A stretch of DNA of 63,509 bases, the filler included, from Atractiella rhizophila (Eukaryota): NCBI GenBank assembly GCA_021432655.1. It is 7 parts of 7 records of this genome, joined end to end, with 100 filler letters (N's around TTAATTAATTAA, not from the genome) between each part and the next. Parts side by side here need not be neighbours in the genome. Positions count along the whole stretch, not along the records: positions 24,022 to 35,875 come from MU272023.1; positions 35,976 to 47,752 come from MU272026.1; 5 more parts are not named here. One strand, written 5' to 3'. The position numbers and the translations under genes are program-made. The notes beneath the pieces were generated by a model. The model had not been told where the DNA came from and ran no database searches. It saw only the letters and a program-made list of their open reading frames with translations. Shown here one piece after another: positions 24,022 to 37,280 of this stretch; the stretch's first letter is position 1; each line of letters opens with the position of its first letter.

Positions 24022-25095
24022 GTCGACCACTGCGCCATGCCAATGTGATGCAGAAGAAATGCTCACCTCCTCCCTGTGCTGCAGTGGCAGAGGCAGCGAA
24101 AAGGTCTCCATTGTTTCCTGCTTCCTGCCTATTCGAAGCAATTACGGTAATATGTTGCCGCCAGCTACTACTTTATGGAGAGTTGACAGGTATATGTCGG
24201 CGTCACTTCGATCGATAGCGTGTGAGGTTACGTTATCTACCTGCACTGGCCTACTCGCCCAATACTGCAGAGAGCGATATCCCAGAAAAAGAAAAAAGGA
24301 GGGAAGAGGAGATGGTCGACAGATCGAAGCTAATCGCAATTTCCGCGAGGCGCACATGGCGCTGCACGTTTCAGCCACAAATTTCCGAAACTGGCAATTC
24401 ACTTTCTGGCGCGTTGTTATCGTTGCAATGAAATATTAACCATCAGTGAAATTATGAGCGAAGGGTTGCCAGAAGTGTTGAATGTGCCTACTGTAGTGAG
24501 TGAGCTCGGCGCTTGGGAGAAGGGATCGAGCGTGGGAAACTTTCCTGAAAATGTGTGTGCTTGAATGGTTTGTTGCCAGTTCTCCTCTCCTACTGTCGAG
24601 ATGAGTATGATGCTGGAGTGTCTCCAACTGGCTTCAGTTTCATCCATCTTCCAGTACCCACTTAACGTGTTCTGATTGGCTTCCTCTTATTTAACTTAAA
24701 GGAGAGAGAACAGGAAGGAAGAGTTCAAGTTCGCACACTGTTGATGAGACTCCATCAAAACGTATTTCCAACTATGCGACCATTTTCGGTGTGAATTATC
24801 CGAAGCTGAATGGCCATTGCGACGGCCTCTTCTCATCAACTTAGATATTAAAGTGATAATCAGTAATATTCAACGCGAAAGAGCAAGAATCGCAATTGAT
24901 GATGACCACAGAATGGCTGGTGACGAACAGACCGTTACAATCAGCTACTGGGCGATTTATCACACAATGAGACAAAACTTGGGCCCAAAACATATGATTG
25001 CATTCAACATATTTAATAGAATCAACTCAAACAGCAATTTTGTCTCCGCCCACAAGTCACACGTCGCTTCCAGAGCGACTCATCAGGACTTTGAC

Positions 25096-26088
25096 TCAAC
25101 CACCAATTTTGGCCAAAGCAAAAGCGACGGCTTGGCTTTGGTACGTGCTCACGACGATGAGGTGGTCGTTGACATTCCCGCCGCTTGCGCTATCGAATAC
25201 AACATCACTCGTTAGAACTGGGTGCTGGGTGCGGTGGAAGGCAAAGGCGAGCGCTCACCATACGGGATCGTTCACCAAGCAGTAGCTGGCCAGCACAGAC
25301 GAAAAAGCATTCAGTGCCCCGGAGGCGCGCGGAGAGAGACCGCTCCTGCAGAACTCATCAGATTTATAGAGGAGAGCATCACGTTTCTCACCTGGCTGAA
25401 CCTGTGCCTACGTTGTACGGCTGATTCGCTACATGCGTGGGCTAAAGTTGGTTATGTTGGCGCTTTATACGCCTGATTGGGAGAGAGACTCACGTCAGCG
25501 AACAGCGCGGCTGCTTTAACTGACCAAGTCAACCGCCATCAATACCTTCATTCTTCTCAGCAGGAAATTAGATACTCACTGAGATCCGTTCCTGTGCTCC
25601 TGGACTGCAACACATCGGCTATCACTTGAGCTCCCTGGCTATAGCCCAAGACAACAATCTATTCATCGCTCAGTCGCAGTTGTGGTTGAAGACTGAACGA
25701 AAGAAAAGTCGTACTTTTTGGGAGGGGCAGGTGGTCTTTGCGCTCGCCAATTGCGCTTTCAGCAGCGAGACGCCCTGAGATTCGGACTGATTGTAATTCG
25801 CAAACGTCGCGGGGTAGGGCACGTCGTAGATGGTCATCGTCTGGCTGGACTGGGCGTCGATGGCGCTCTCTACTGCTCCAAGTCGCCCTGGTATGGTTTC
25901 ATCTGACCCTCGGAGCGCTATTTCCATGCATCAATCAGGTAAACATGGAACGTTGAGACGATGGTGGACGTACACAATATCTTCACTGCTGTGCAGCTCT
26001 GTCGTTCTTCGAGCTTGGGAGCAGAAGGAGCACCGCTGCTGACTACGAGGATGGAGAAAACACAGAGGAGAGAACGAAGGGACACCAT
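25096..26088 (-). CDS. Secreted cutinase / acetylxylan esterase (CAZy CE5), spliced
   Basis: Signal peptide MVSLRSLLCVFSILVVSSG, then ALRGSDE, VPYPA, CPSQK-IVVLGYSQGAQV, SYCLVNDPVC and C-terminal DHLIVVSTYQSQAVAFALAKIGG*. TATAAAA lies about 45 nt upstream. Confidence 0.88.
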
Positions 26089-28254
26089 CTTGTCGTTGTG
26101 ATTCGCTACAGGATAAGCAAGAGTAGTCGCTTTTTATACGTTTGCCTCCTCTTCGAGTGGTAAAATGAAAGAACCATGCTCGAGTTCCCTCACACACGTT
26201 GAGGTGTAGGCATGCGGTTGTCCCGCCATCACGACTTCTCTTTACACGGTGGCAGTCGCCTCCTCCTACCCGTCTCCCTCATCGCAACGCGAAAAACCTT
26301 GATCATCAGGGGGAGGTGGAAAAAATGATACCCTTCGGGTTGGAGGGGCAAGTGGCAACGTTGACAGCGGAACAATATACCGCTTTGCTCCATCCATCTA
26401 ACCGCTCCATCACTGCTAGCTGCATCCCCAACAGCATAGCTACGTCAGGCAGACTTTGTCAAAACAGGCGAATTTATCCCTGAAGCGGACGTCACCGTGG
26501 ATTGTGCACGAGGACGGGGATGGCGTGTGGAGCGGACTGAATTGACGGCACAAGCTGCCAAGTGGTGAAGGATCGATTGAATCTACGACCGTCTGGAATG
26601 TGAAGGCTAGCGCTCGCTTCTCCACGGTACTTGGGAGATTGGATCAAGCAGCAACGCCTGTGGAGTGTGCTTACGACAAGTGAGCTATTCAGATGATGGA
26701 CTATCCATCGGTTCGAAGTGTCAACGTTGGCTTCAGCATAGATTGTCGTATGGTTTTTGTGGCACTCCCTGCGGTTTGTGACGGTTTCTCATTGAATCAA
26801 ACACCACTTCGTATTTTAATGATCCAACTTAACCATCTTTTTGTAGCACGACAACAAGAGAAGGCAAACTGGACCCACATTCAAAGAAACAGCACACCGT
26901 CAAGAGCTTTCGCACACTATTGCCTGATGGACCTTGGCAATGGTCAAAAGCCGGTTGTACCGTATCCCGGTTACATCACGCCTGGAAACTGAGGCGTCTA
27001 AGATTAGGGCATTGTTGACGTTCCAGCGCGGGGCATAACCATTCGCCCTCCCGCAGGAGAGTAGTGACATTGCTGCTAGAGTGCAAGAGCGCATATGGGG
27101 AGCAGGAATGATAGATCATGAGGAACGACAGGCAATCGCAGGACTTTAATTTTGATGCAGAGGTGAAAATTAGTGTCAAAGCCATGTCGCAAGGGCGCAA
27201 GGAGTCCCTTGAGTGGAAGGCATTCCAGATCCATGACCGCCAGGAACTGTGTCATTGTCGCTTGAAAGAAACGAAAGCGCGAATACTTTAAAGACAGAAT
27301 CTTATTGACCTTCACATGCTGAATAGTGAGTGCTGAGAATTAGCCATCGAGTTTAAAAGGAGCCAGAGCCTGTCTCGAACCATCAATGCGGACATTGAGT
27401 GAAAGAACAATCGAATTCAGGTAGCCTACGTGATAAGGTGTGGCAGGACACTACGCCCCTAACGAGTTGATTGCGAGATGATGACCAGGATTTCGTTCGG
27501 TAGTCGTTTTATGACCGACAAATGCCATCATCCCTGCATGCAATCAACGCTGAGCGCTGAGCCTTAGTTGTCATCATAAACGCTCACAGTGACTCAGTGA
27601 AGCAATGGTTCTGCTTGTTTAACTTTCGAAGGACCAGCTTCATGCTCGAGAGCAACTAACGATTTCATATTCAGGTTTCATGGCTGCACGTGACGCACCC
27701 TCGTCATGGCGTTGTTACAGACACTGGAGATGCATGCAAAAAGTCATGCACGGCGCATAAATTCACGGATGTCGCAATTCCATATCCGAATGTTCCTTGG
27801 CATTTCGACGACAGGAGCTCTTTCGTCGTCAGCTGTAAAAAGTAATACTTGAATCACGAGCTTCCACTTCGAATTAGGCAGCCTAAGTCGTTGAGTTATT
27901 GGAGGATACATTCTCTCAGACAGGGAAGAACAAAGAAAGTGCGCAGCTGCACCAGTTAAAGGTTTGCTAAGCCGAAAGAGTGGATTGTTTGCCACTGTCC
28001 TATAAGGTGAATCAACGGTTACTACAACATTGTTTTGTTGGAAACATTTCCGAGAAACTAAAAGAGTAGCTCACATTGAAAACACCATTATTCTACACCT
28101 GCCAACCTGTGGGGAGCTATACTTGTCACAGGCGAAGACCTAAGCAGGCCTGAGTACGTACGATTTGGTTTCTCCGTATCGCATGGATGCTGTCAATTTG
28201 GATTAATTTAAGGCTATTAGGCTGACATTTTTTTGTGTGTACTCAGGATAAACC

Positions 28255-31200
28255 ATGCCAGTTGGCACTCGAGAACTCCCACGGTCTACGCGCGCTCCAG
28301 CGTCAGAGGCAGATTCAGCCGGAAGCGCACCATCTGTAAGTCGACGTCTCCTCCTGACCATCCCTGGTGGGAGAGCTCACAGTAGATCAGTTGGCATCCA
28401 TCTCGACGGACGACGAGGGTCCTCCTCCTCGAAATCGTCTATACAGAGCCTCATCTAGTTCTGGTGACGACAAGGATCGTTCTAGGTTCACAGTTTTAGA
28501 TGATGAAGAGGAAGAGGCGGGCGAAAGTGAAATACCCTCGTTAGGTGTACGTGACCATTTTTAGAGCTCAACAGAACCTGAATAGGCTTTTGAAGGATGA
28601 TGATAGCTCGTCATCAGATGCTCCTATTCAACAACTGAAAATTCACCAGTCGCTACCACAGGAGCGCGTTATCCCCAATAGTAACGCACTGCAGAACCGA
28701 TCCAACGGTCATAATGAGTTACCTGGCATGACGGGTCACGAAGAGGTTCAGGATTTTAAAGAATTGCCACTTTTGGAGAGGTTGGTTACGATCTCTACAA
28801 TGTGTTGTTGCTGAGTTGTCTCATTTCAGAGTTACGAGCGCTTCGGAGTCCGCCATCAGCGACCTAGAAGAGGACGTGGTACCCGTCGCGGTGCAACAGT
28901 CTCCTCCGCAGGTTCAACAGCCGACGAGCCCTCAAGTCAACAAAGTGATGGTCTTGTCGGACCTGGTTGCAGAACATATTCCGGTTAAGCCAAAATTGAT
29001 ATTCGCAGGAGCCAAACTGAGGACTTCGTCTGACGAAGAGAGCGAAGGAGATGGTGCAGCGGATGAAGCAGAGCAAGTGAAAGATGAAGAGGGCGATCAT
29101 CCTGGAGAAGAGGATTCCGAAGCCTCTGAAGAAAAGTCTGCAGATTTGACTAAGGAGGCGGAGCCGGCGGTAATCAGCATCGAGGAAGAGAAAGAAGATG
29201 TCCAGCCGAAAGAGGTCAGAATCACCGCGGTTCGCATGGCTTGGGGAGAAGACACAAGTGAAAGTGAAGTGGACGACCCTTCGCCGGAGGATGAGGACGC
29301 TGAGCTAGTAGTCCCTGAGTGGCAGTACGCTCTACTTCACTTCATCTCCCTAAATCTAATCAGTTTCAGTCCCGACCTTCTCAAACCAGACGCTGTTCGC
29401 AACTTCGGAATGCGGGCGATATCTGCATCCATCGTGCAGGGAGGCTATACAAAAGACATCTTAACGTTGCTGCCTCAAGAAAAGGATCGTCTGCAATTCT
29501 TTCTTGCCAGTACGTTGTTTCACGGCAAACGAAAAAGAGTGATTTCATTGTATAGATTGCACGAGACATTTGAGTCGGCTGCTCATCAAAGACACGGCTA
29601 CTCTATCCGAAACGATCACTTATCTGACATTCCATTCTCTCTACCAGTATTTTGTTGTCATGCCTCCTACGCTAATGAGCCCTCGAGTCAGACGGCTCGT
29701 CTCTTGGTGCAATACAACTCAGTACTTGGAAGGAACACTCGAAATGTTGTCCGTCGCGGATCCTCCACCTCCAGAGCAAGGCAATGAGAATTCCCGGAGG
29801 GAACATACCAGCGAAGACGAAGGCGGGAAGTCTGAAGGCGAAGACGATTCCAACATCCTTATCAGAGTCAAGATGACACAGAAACAACGCAAATATGATC
29901 TCCAACAACAAAGGGCTGGGGTCAAACGCCGTTCCGACCCCTTTGCTCAGATCAGAACTGACCCAGACATGTTGCGCCTTTTCAAGCAAGCTGATTCTGC
30001 CATCCCAACAACACCAGAAGAGGCGGGAAGTCTTTTACAACATTGGAAATTCGAGAAGCGTCGTGTGCTCAGGGTCAGTGATCGTTTTATTTGTCAACGT
30101 GAATTTAAGCAAAATCCAGGCTTTCTTCAGAGCTATCAGAACCCCTGAACTGGCTAGATACACAGAAGAGAAGTTTCTTGGCAGCGCGATGGCTACCAGC
30201 GCGTCCACTCTCGGCATCGACGAGCATGTCCCTGACGCAACACTTGAGAACCAGAAGGCGACATCGACTGCTCAAGTCGAGACGAACTATCTCGACGTGA
30301 TTCCTTTCCCAAATATCCAACCGCTGAGAGCTGCGCAGATGGTAGCCTCTTTAGACTCCAAAAGTGCCTTGTACGGAAAATGGAAGATCCAACTAAGTGG
30401 CAGAGCAGGTAGGACAGGAAACTGTTTCCGAAGTGAGCTGAAGTTCCGTTACAGTCCGCGACTTTCGGCAACTTGGGGATCGTAAGGTACAGAAAATCAT
30501 CAGTAATAAGCTCGTGCAGTTGTCGCATGGCCACTTCTCTCCTGACAACCAAAAACGCCTCACACGCAGAGAAGTTTCAAGCAACGACCAAGTCCCAATA
30601 TATGAAGCGAAAGCATCGCGGGATCTTCGAGTCATATATGAAATCGCCCTGAGAGAGGACGTCGATTTGAAGAAGGATACCCAATATATCAGGGTAGGTT
30701 ATTTGAGGCCTTTGCTCAGCTAGTTAACGTCTGATTGACAGGTATGGGGTATTGCGACGCACGCGCAACTTGACGGTACAGTGAAGTAGTTTTTCGACAA
30801 AGCACGGCTGAGCTGTTTTAGATCGCTTGTGGAGCTCTCTCAACAAGGAGAGCCTTCGTCGGACACCAGAATACCTGCGTCGCATCAAGATCCGCTCAGC
30901 TCCACCGAAGCATGGGAAAGAAGTGCGCGATGTTTTCGATCCTGCTCATTTCGAACATCAGGACTTCGACAGGCTAGACATGCTAGATGAAGATAACCCC
31001 GTCCGCCTGCTTACAGATGAAGAGCAATTGGAGGTGAGCGCGGACGACCAGATCTGATTGTATTTTGCTGAACTCAGTTCAGTTGCACGAATTGATTTCC
31101 CTTGAGAAATGGGTCACGCTATCGAAAAGTCTGCTCAGCTCCATCGCAATGAATGAAGACAACGCAGCCCACATATTTGACGTTTCGCCCAAAGAACAAG

Positions 31201-34200
31201 AGGTTATCGATTGTCCATCGTCACTATTCCTTCTAGGCCGTTCCGGAACGGGCAAGACCACCTGCATGCTTTTTCGCCTGATCGGTTTGGAGTGTGCCGT
31301 GCGACAGGAACAAGTAGACGATGCAACTGAAGTCGGGACAACAAGCAATACCAGTATTTTGTTGTCATGCCTCCTACGCTAATGAGCCCTCGAGTCAGAC
31401 GGCTCGTCTCTTGGTGCAATACAACTCAGTACTTGGAAGGAACACTCGAAATGTTGTCCGTCGCGGATCCTCCACCTCCAGAGCAAGGCAATGAGAATTC
31501 CCGGAGGGAACATACCAGCGAAGACGAAGGCGTGAAGTCTGAAGGCGAAGACGATTCCAACATCCTTATCAGAGTCAAGATGACACAAAAACAACGCAAA
31601 TATGATCTCCAACAACAAAGGGCTGGCGTCAAACGCCGTTCCGACCCCTTCGCTCAGATCAGAACTGACCCAGAAATGTTGCGCCTTTTCAAGCAAGCTG
31701 ATTCTGCCATCCCAACAACACCAGAAGAGGCGGGAAGTCTTTTACAACATTGGAAAATCGAGAAGCGTCGTGTGCTCAGGGTCAGTGATCGTTTTATTTG
31801 TCAACGTGAATTTAAGCAAAATCCAGGCTTTCTTCAGAGCTATCAGAACCCCTGAACTGGCTAGATACACAGAAGAGAAGTTTCTTGGCAGCGCGATGGC
31901 TACCAGCGCGTCCACTCTCGGCATCGACGAGCATGTCCCTGACGCAACACTTGAGAACCAGAAGGCGACATCGACTGCTCAAGTCGAGACGAACTATCTC
32001 GACGTGATTCCTTTCCCAAATATCCAACCGCTGAGAGCTGCGCAGATGGTAGCCTCTTTAGACTCCAAAAGTGCCTTGTACGGAAAATGGAAGATCCAAC
32101 TAAGTGGCAGAGCAGGTAGGACAGGAAAGTGTTTCCGAAGTGAGCTGAAGTTCCGTTACAGTCCGCGACTTTCGGCAACTTGGGGATCGTAAGGTACAGA
32201 AAATCATCAGTAAGAAGCTCGTGCAGTTGTCGCATGGCCACTTCTCTCCTGACAACCAAAAACGCCTCACACGCAGAGAAGTTTCAAGCAACGACCAAGT
32301 CCCAATATATGAAGCGAAAGCATCGCGGGATCTTCGAGTCGTATATGAAATCGCCCTGAGAGAGGACGTCGATTTGAAGAAGGATATCCAATATATCAGG
32401 GTAGGTTATTTGAGGCCTTTGCTCAGCTAGTTAACGTCTGATTGACAGGTATGGGGTATTGCGACGCACGCGCAACTTGACGGTACAGTGAAGTAGTTTT
32501 TCGACAAAGCACGGCTGAGCTGTATTAGATCGCTTGTGGAGCTCTCTCAACAAGGAGAGCCTTCGTCGCACACCAGAATACCTGCGTCGCATCAAGATCC
32601 GCTCAGCTCCACCGAAACATGGGAAAGAAGTGCGCGATGTTTTCGATCCTGCTCATTTCGAACATCAGGACTTCGACAGGCTAGACATGCTAGATGAAGA
32701 TAACCCCGTCCGCCTGCTTACAGATGAAGAGCAATTGGAGGTGAGCGCGTGACGACCAGATCTGATTGTATTTTGCTGAAATCAGTCCAGTTGCACGAAT
32801 TGATTTCCCTTGAGAAATGGGTCACGCTATCGAAAAGTCTGCTCAGCTCCATCGCAATGAATGAAGACAACGCAGCCCACATATTTGACGTTTCGCCCAA
32901 AGAACAAGAGGTTATCGATTGTCCGTCGTCACTATTCCTTCTAGGCCGTTCCGGAACGGGCAAGACCACCTGCATGCTTTTTCGCCTGATCGGTTTGGAG
33001 TGTGCCGTGCGACAGGAACAAGTAGACGATGCAACTGAAGTCGGGACAACAAGCACATCAAGGACGAAGCTCCGTCAACTGTTCGTCACCAAATCTCGTG
33101 TTCTCACAGCACGGTAAGAGTTCTTTTTCAATAACGCGTCACTCACATGTCGCATCTTCGAGTGTGCGCGAATATTACCAGAAACTTGATGCAACGCTAA
33201 GAGCGGGAAGCTTATCACCTGAAGAAATAAAGGAGCGAACGAAAAGGTCCAAAGAGCGGAAAGCGAACCGGCTCGTGGACTTAGAAGACGAAGAAGAAAC
33301 TGGAAATAATCTCCCCAGTAAATTCGGCGAACTCAAGGAGGAGCACTTCCCATTATTTGTATCTTTTGACCAACTTTGTAAACTTCTCGAGGAAGAGCTT
33401 CTCTTTGTTGGCGGCCCGTATACCGCCAATGTCCTTGGAGGAGAACGAGTGCGGACTACGGCTACTACCGAGGCTGGCACGCAGTTCATTGATGCTGAAA
33501 TCTTTCAATCCCAATACTGGCCTCACTTCAACCGCCTTCTCACAAAGGGGCTGGATGCGTATCTGGTGTTCTCTCAATTTGGGGTCATTCGAGGAGTGGA
33601 AAGAGATGTGAGTAACTTCATCCTGCTGTTAAAGTGACCTTACCCGAGGTGTAGCTTACAAAGGAAGAGTACCTCAAAGTTTCTGAGCGGTCGCATTCAA
33701 CTTATCGAGAGGCACGGCCTCAGTACGCTCTCTCCATTCTTGATATATGCATCTTACTTTAATTCTCAGGATCTATGAGCTCTTCTTAGCATACACCAGA
33801 AAGAAGGGAGAATGCAGACAATTGGATGCCGCAGATCGCGCCAGGCGCCTCCTCCGATACACAGCTACGCTCCCTCGGGATCTTCAATTCGATTTCATAT
33901 ACGTCGATGAAGCGCAGGACAATAACATGGCTGATTGTATCTTGATCCGAAGCCTTGGTCGAAACGCGAATGGTAAGATATCACGCTGGTGCCGACGGGG
34001 CTCTCACTCTTGCTGAACACAGGCTTCTTCTTTGCCGGAGACACTGCCCAAACAATCAGCTCATCTACTTTTACCTTTGCAGAATTAAAGGCGTCATTTT
34101 ACCGCGCAGAGAAGAACGAAAAATTAGTAAAGATTGGCGCTCGAAAACCTGTCAATCCCAAATTTTACAACCTCAATGTGAATTATCGGTGAGAAACGCA

Positions 34201-35875
34201 CTATTCAGATGCCAACTCCACTTACATCTCTCCTGGTTAGCTCTCACGACGGCATTGTCCGCTGTGCCTCTTCAATTGTAGACCTGATACACAAGTACTT
34301 CCCTTCCTCCATCGATAAGCTGGCCCCCGAAAAGGGCATTGTTCTCGTATGTTCTTTCCTGGGTATTTGCCCTCTAATCTTTCCTTAGGGACCAAAAACC
34401 TACGATGTTCGCTGGCTGGAGATCGGACGAAAATATGGAGTTTGATCAATTTCTTTTCTCTCACGGCAGCCACGCGATAGAGTTTGGAGCATCGTACGTC
34501 CCCCCCCCCCCCCAATTGTCTCTATCGCAGGAGCCCTGAGGAGTTGACGGATGGCTAAGACAATGCATCATTGTCCGGACTGAAGAGGCCAGGGATCGTC
34601 TCAGGGAGAAAATCCAAGATGCAGGGCTGATATTGACAATTTATNNNNNNNNNNNNNNNNNNNNNNNNNNNNNNNNNNNNNNNNNNNNNNNNNNNNNNNN
34701 NNNNNNNNNNNNNNNNNNNNNNNNNNNNNNNNNNNNNNNNNNNNNNNNNNNNNNNNNNNNNNNNNNNNNNNNNNNNNNNNNNNNNNNNNNNNNNNNNNNN
34801 NNNNNNNNNNNNNNNNNNNNNNNNNNNNNNNNNNNNNNNNNNNNNNNNNNNNNNNNNNNNNNNNNNNNNNNNNNNNNNNNNNNNNNNNNNNNNNNNNNNN
34901 NNNNNNNNNNNNNNNNNNNNNNNNNNNNNNNNNNNNNNNNNNNNNNNNNNNNNNNNNNNNNNNNNNNNNNNNNNNNNNNNNNNNNNCAAGCATCCAGCAA
35001 AGAAGAGTGGTTCGAGCAAGGTCAAAACCTCTATGATCAAGGGATCCATAAACACGCAGCCTTCTGCTTTGGTAAGGCAGGAGCCCTGTGGGAGCAGCAA
35101 TTCTGGTGCGTTCATCACCATCAGGCAATCTGAGTATCATGTTAAATGCGTTATAGTTTGGCTTATGTTGATATGAAACAAGCGGACCGTATTCCACTAG
35201 GAGAAGTCGCGAAGCGCAAACAGGCATACTTAACTGCAGCGGAGAAATTCGTGGCCTGTGCGGAAGAGGACGGCGCGTCTAAAGAGTTACGATGGACAGC
35301 TTACAGGAAAGCTGCAAAGTGCTTCAGCTTCGTTGGGGAAGGAAGAAAAGCAGGTCTAGCCTATTCTTCAGGCCAAGAGTTCGACAAGGCTGTCAAAGCT
35401 TTTCTGAGCGCAGAGGCTATAGATGACATTATGCCTATCCTTTCATCACACTCAGACTTCTTGGCGAGGGAGACGAAAGAGGATGCTCGACAAATGGGAC
35501 GACTCTTCTACTTAAAGGTCGGTAGAGTTGAAGCAGCTACCCCCTTGTTTGATGATCCGGATGATCAAATTTCTTTTCTGAAACACTGGGGCTATCTGTC
35601 GAATGATATCCTTCAACAGCTTGGGCGGCATGATCAAATCGCTATCACATTGGAACAGAAGGGCGATTACTTGGCTGCAGCGAGGGAACTACAAAGAACG
35701 CAATCGGAACAGGAGGCTGAACAATCTGTTCTACTTTTTATCAAAGCTTTGTGGCAGTCGTGCTTCACAGATGTTGATTTTTCGACCGTCGTCCGAGAAG
35801 CTGCCGACACGGCAGCAAGGCTATCACCCAATCGTAGAGACGAAATCATGGTTGACGTAAGCATTCTGTACAATG
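28255..35875 (+). CDS. TRANK1/LBA1-like protein: acidic N-terminus, RelE/ParE-like domain, UvrD-type SF1 helicase, TPR repeats (partial, with duplication and gap)
   Basis: Walker A LLGRSGTGKTT, RQLFVTKSRVL, Walker B DFIYVDEAQD, FAGDTAQTI, LNVNYRSH, and TPR-like helices after 34987. A 342-N gap spans 34645-34986 and the gene is cut by the linker. Confidence 0.82.
29642..33055. repeat. About 1.7-kb tandem duplication (29642-31347 / 31349-33055), about 99% identical
   Basis: Duplicated ORFs in the track, with roughly 17 differences counted by eye. Confidence 0.95.
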
Positions 35876-35975
35876 NNNNNNNNNNNNNNNNNNNNNNNNN
35901 NNNNNNNNNNNNNNNNNNNTTAATTAATTAANNNNNNNNNNNNNNNNNNNNNNNNNNNNNNNNNNNNNNNNNNNN
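35876..35975. other. Artificial contig linker
   Basis: N44-TTAATTAATTAA-N44. Confidence 0.98.
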
Positions 35976-36401
35976 GAATTTCTCTTGTAGGAAGAGATCA
36001 AGGTCAGTGATACTCCGAGGACAACATCATGATGAGCTCTTCGAGTTTTCATGCCAATCGTTGCCATTCTTAAACCTGAATTGAGATAGTTGTGATGTAT
36101 GACGCAGGCGTGACGCCTCCGACCCCGAACGTTGTTTCAAGTGCTCTTGATAACCTGACGGAAAGGCTTAAAATCATCTCACGTCTGACTCCAGCCATTT
36201 TCCTGTTGTGTTCTCTCTACAATCTTCTTACCTTTAATTCTCTAGCTAGCTTACGAAGAGGCATCCTCCCACCGAACCATAATGGGTGCCTGAGCTCATA
36301 TTTGAAAGTGCGATGCATAACGACTCGGCTGCGCCACTGTGATATCTGCTGATTGCATTAAACATTCAGCACAGATTTGTTACATTCATTCATATAATGG
36401 G

Positions 36402-37255
36402 CTATTTCAACCAAGCCTCTTTGTTCTGCTCGAAGAATCCTTTCCAAGTGTTAGGTTTCCTAGAGAGGAAATTAAGACTTTTGCCAAAGTCATGTTTCCC
36501 GTAATCTAGACTATTTGTTAGCATTGTTCTTACCTCAAGGGGTGTGACTTACAAGACACCTCGTTGACAGCTGAATAAAAGTCGTTAAAGTCATCCTGGA
36601 TGACAGGAGGCATGTAAGGATAAGCCGAACTTTCTTCAAAACGTGTATAGATGTATTTTGCCTTCTCTCCGGTCGCTTTAGGGATCAGTCAGCATATACT
36701 TTCCTTCCTGGAGCAGAGCAAGTTAACGAACCAGCCGTAAACTGCTCTACGATCTGGTCCATCGTAAGGTCCTCTCCCACTGCTTGGATGATGGATCTGT
36801 CGGGGAATTCCCCAGGATGTTCCAGAGCGGATTGGACGAAAAGTCCATAGTCTGCCTCGATATCGATGGATGCCAATTTCGTGTCGGCTTTCCAGCCAGT
36901 GGACAGAATGAAAACGCCATCTTCTCCCTTTTGAAACGTCATTTGAGGGCCTAGCAAGTTCTGCATATATCCTGCGGGCTATTGTCCAAAAGTCCTTAGT
37001 TCATGCACAGGCAACAAGGGAAACAGGATTTCTCACTTCGACAGAAACCGCTCTTACGTCCTCCCTCTTTTTGCTCTCTTGGAACAGGTAGTCTGTCGCC
37101 CTTGCTTTCCCCTCGAAGTGATAGACCTTTGTGTACTTCCCTCCCGTCAACTTGGCGTAAGAGGGGAGACCCGACCAAAGGAAAGTCTTGACCGTGGGAA
37201 GGGACAAGGCGGCGTCGATCACGACTTTGGTTTCGTTGAAGTCCTGATCAATGTA
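36402..37255 (-). CDS. NmrA-like NAD(P)-binding protein, 3' part (near-copy of 41128-41980)
   Basis: TFLWSGLPSYAKLTGGKYTKVYHFEGKA and IDIEADYGLFV. The 5' end is lost in a 25-N gap. Confidence 0.8.
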
Positions 37256-37280
37256 NNNNNNNNNNNNNNNNNNNNNNNNN

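Noticed and set aside
26300..27330. Fragmented coding-like sequence upstream of the cutinase
   Set aside because: Multiple stops and no family motif that could be recognised.
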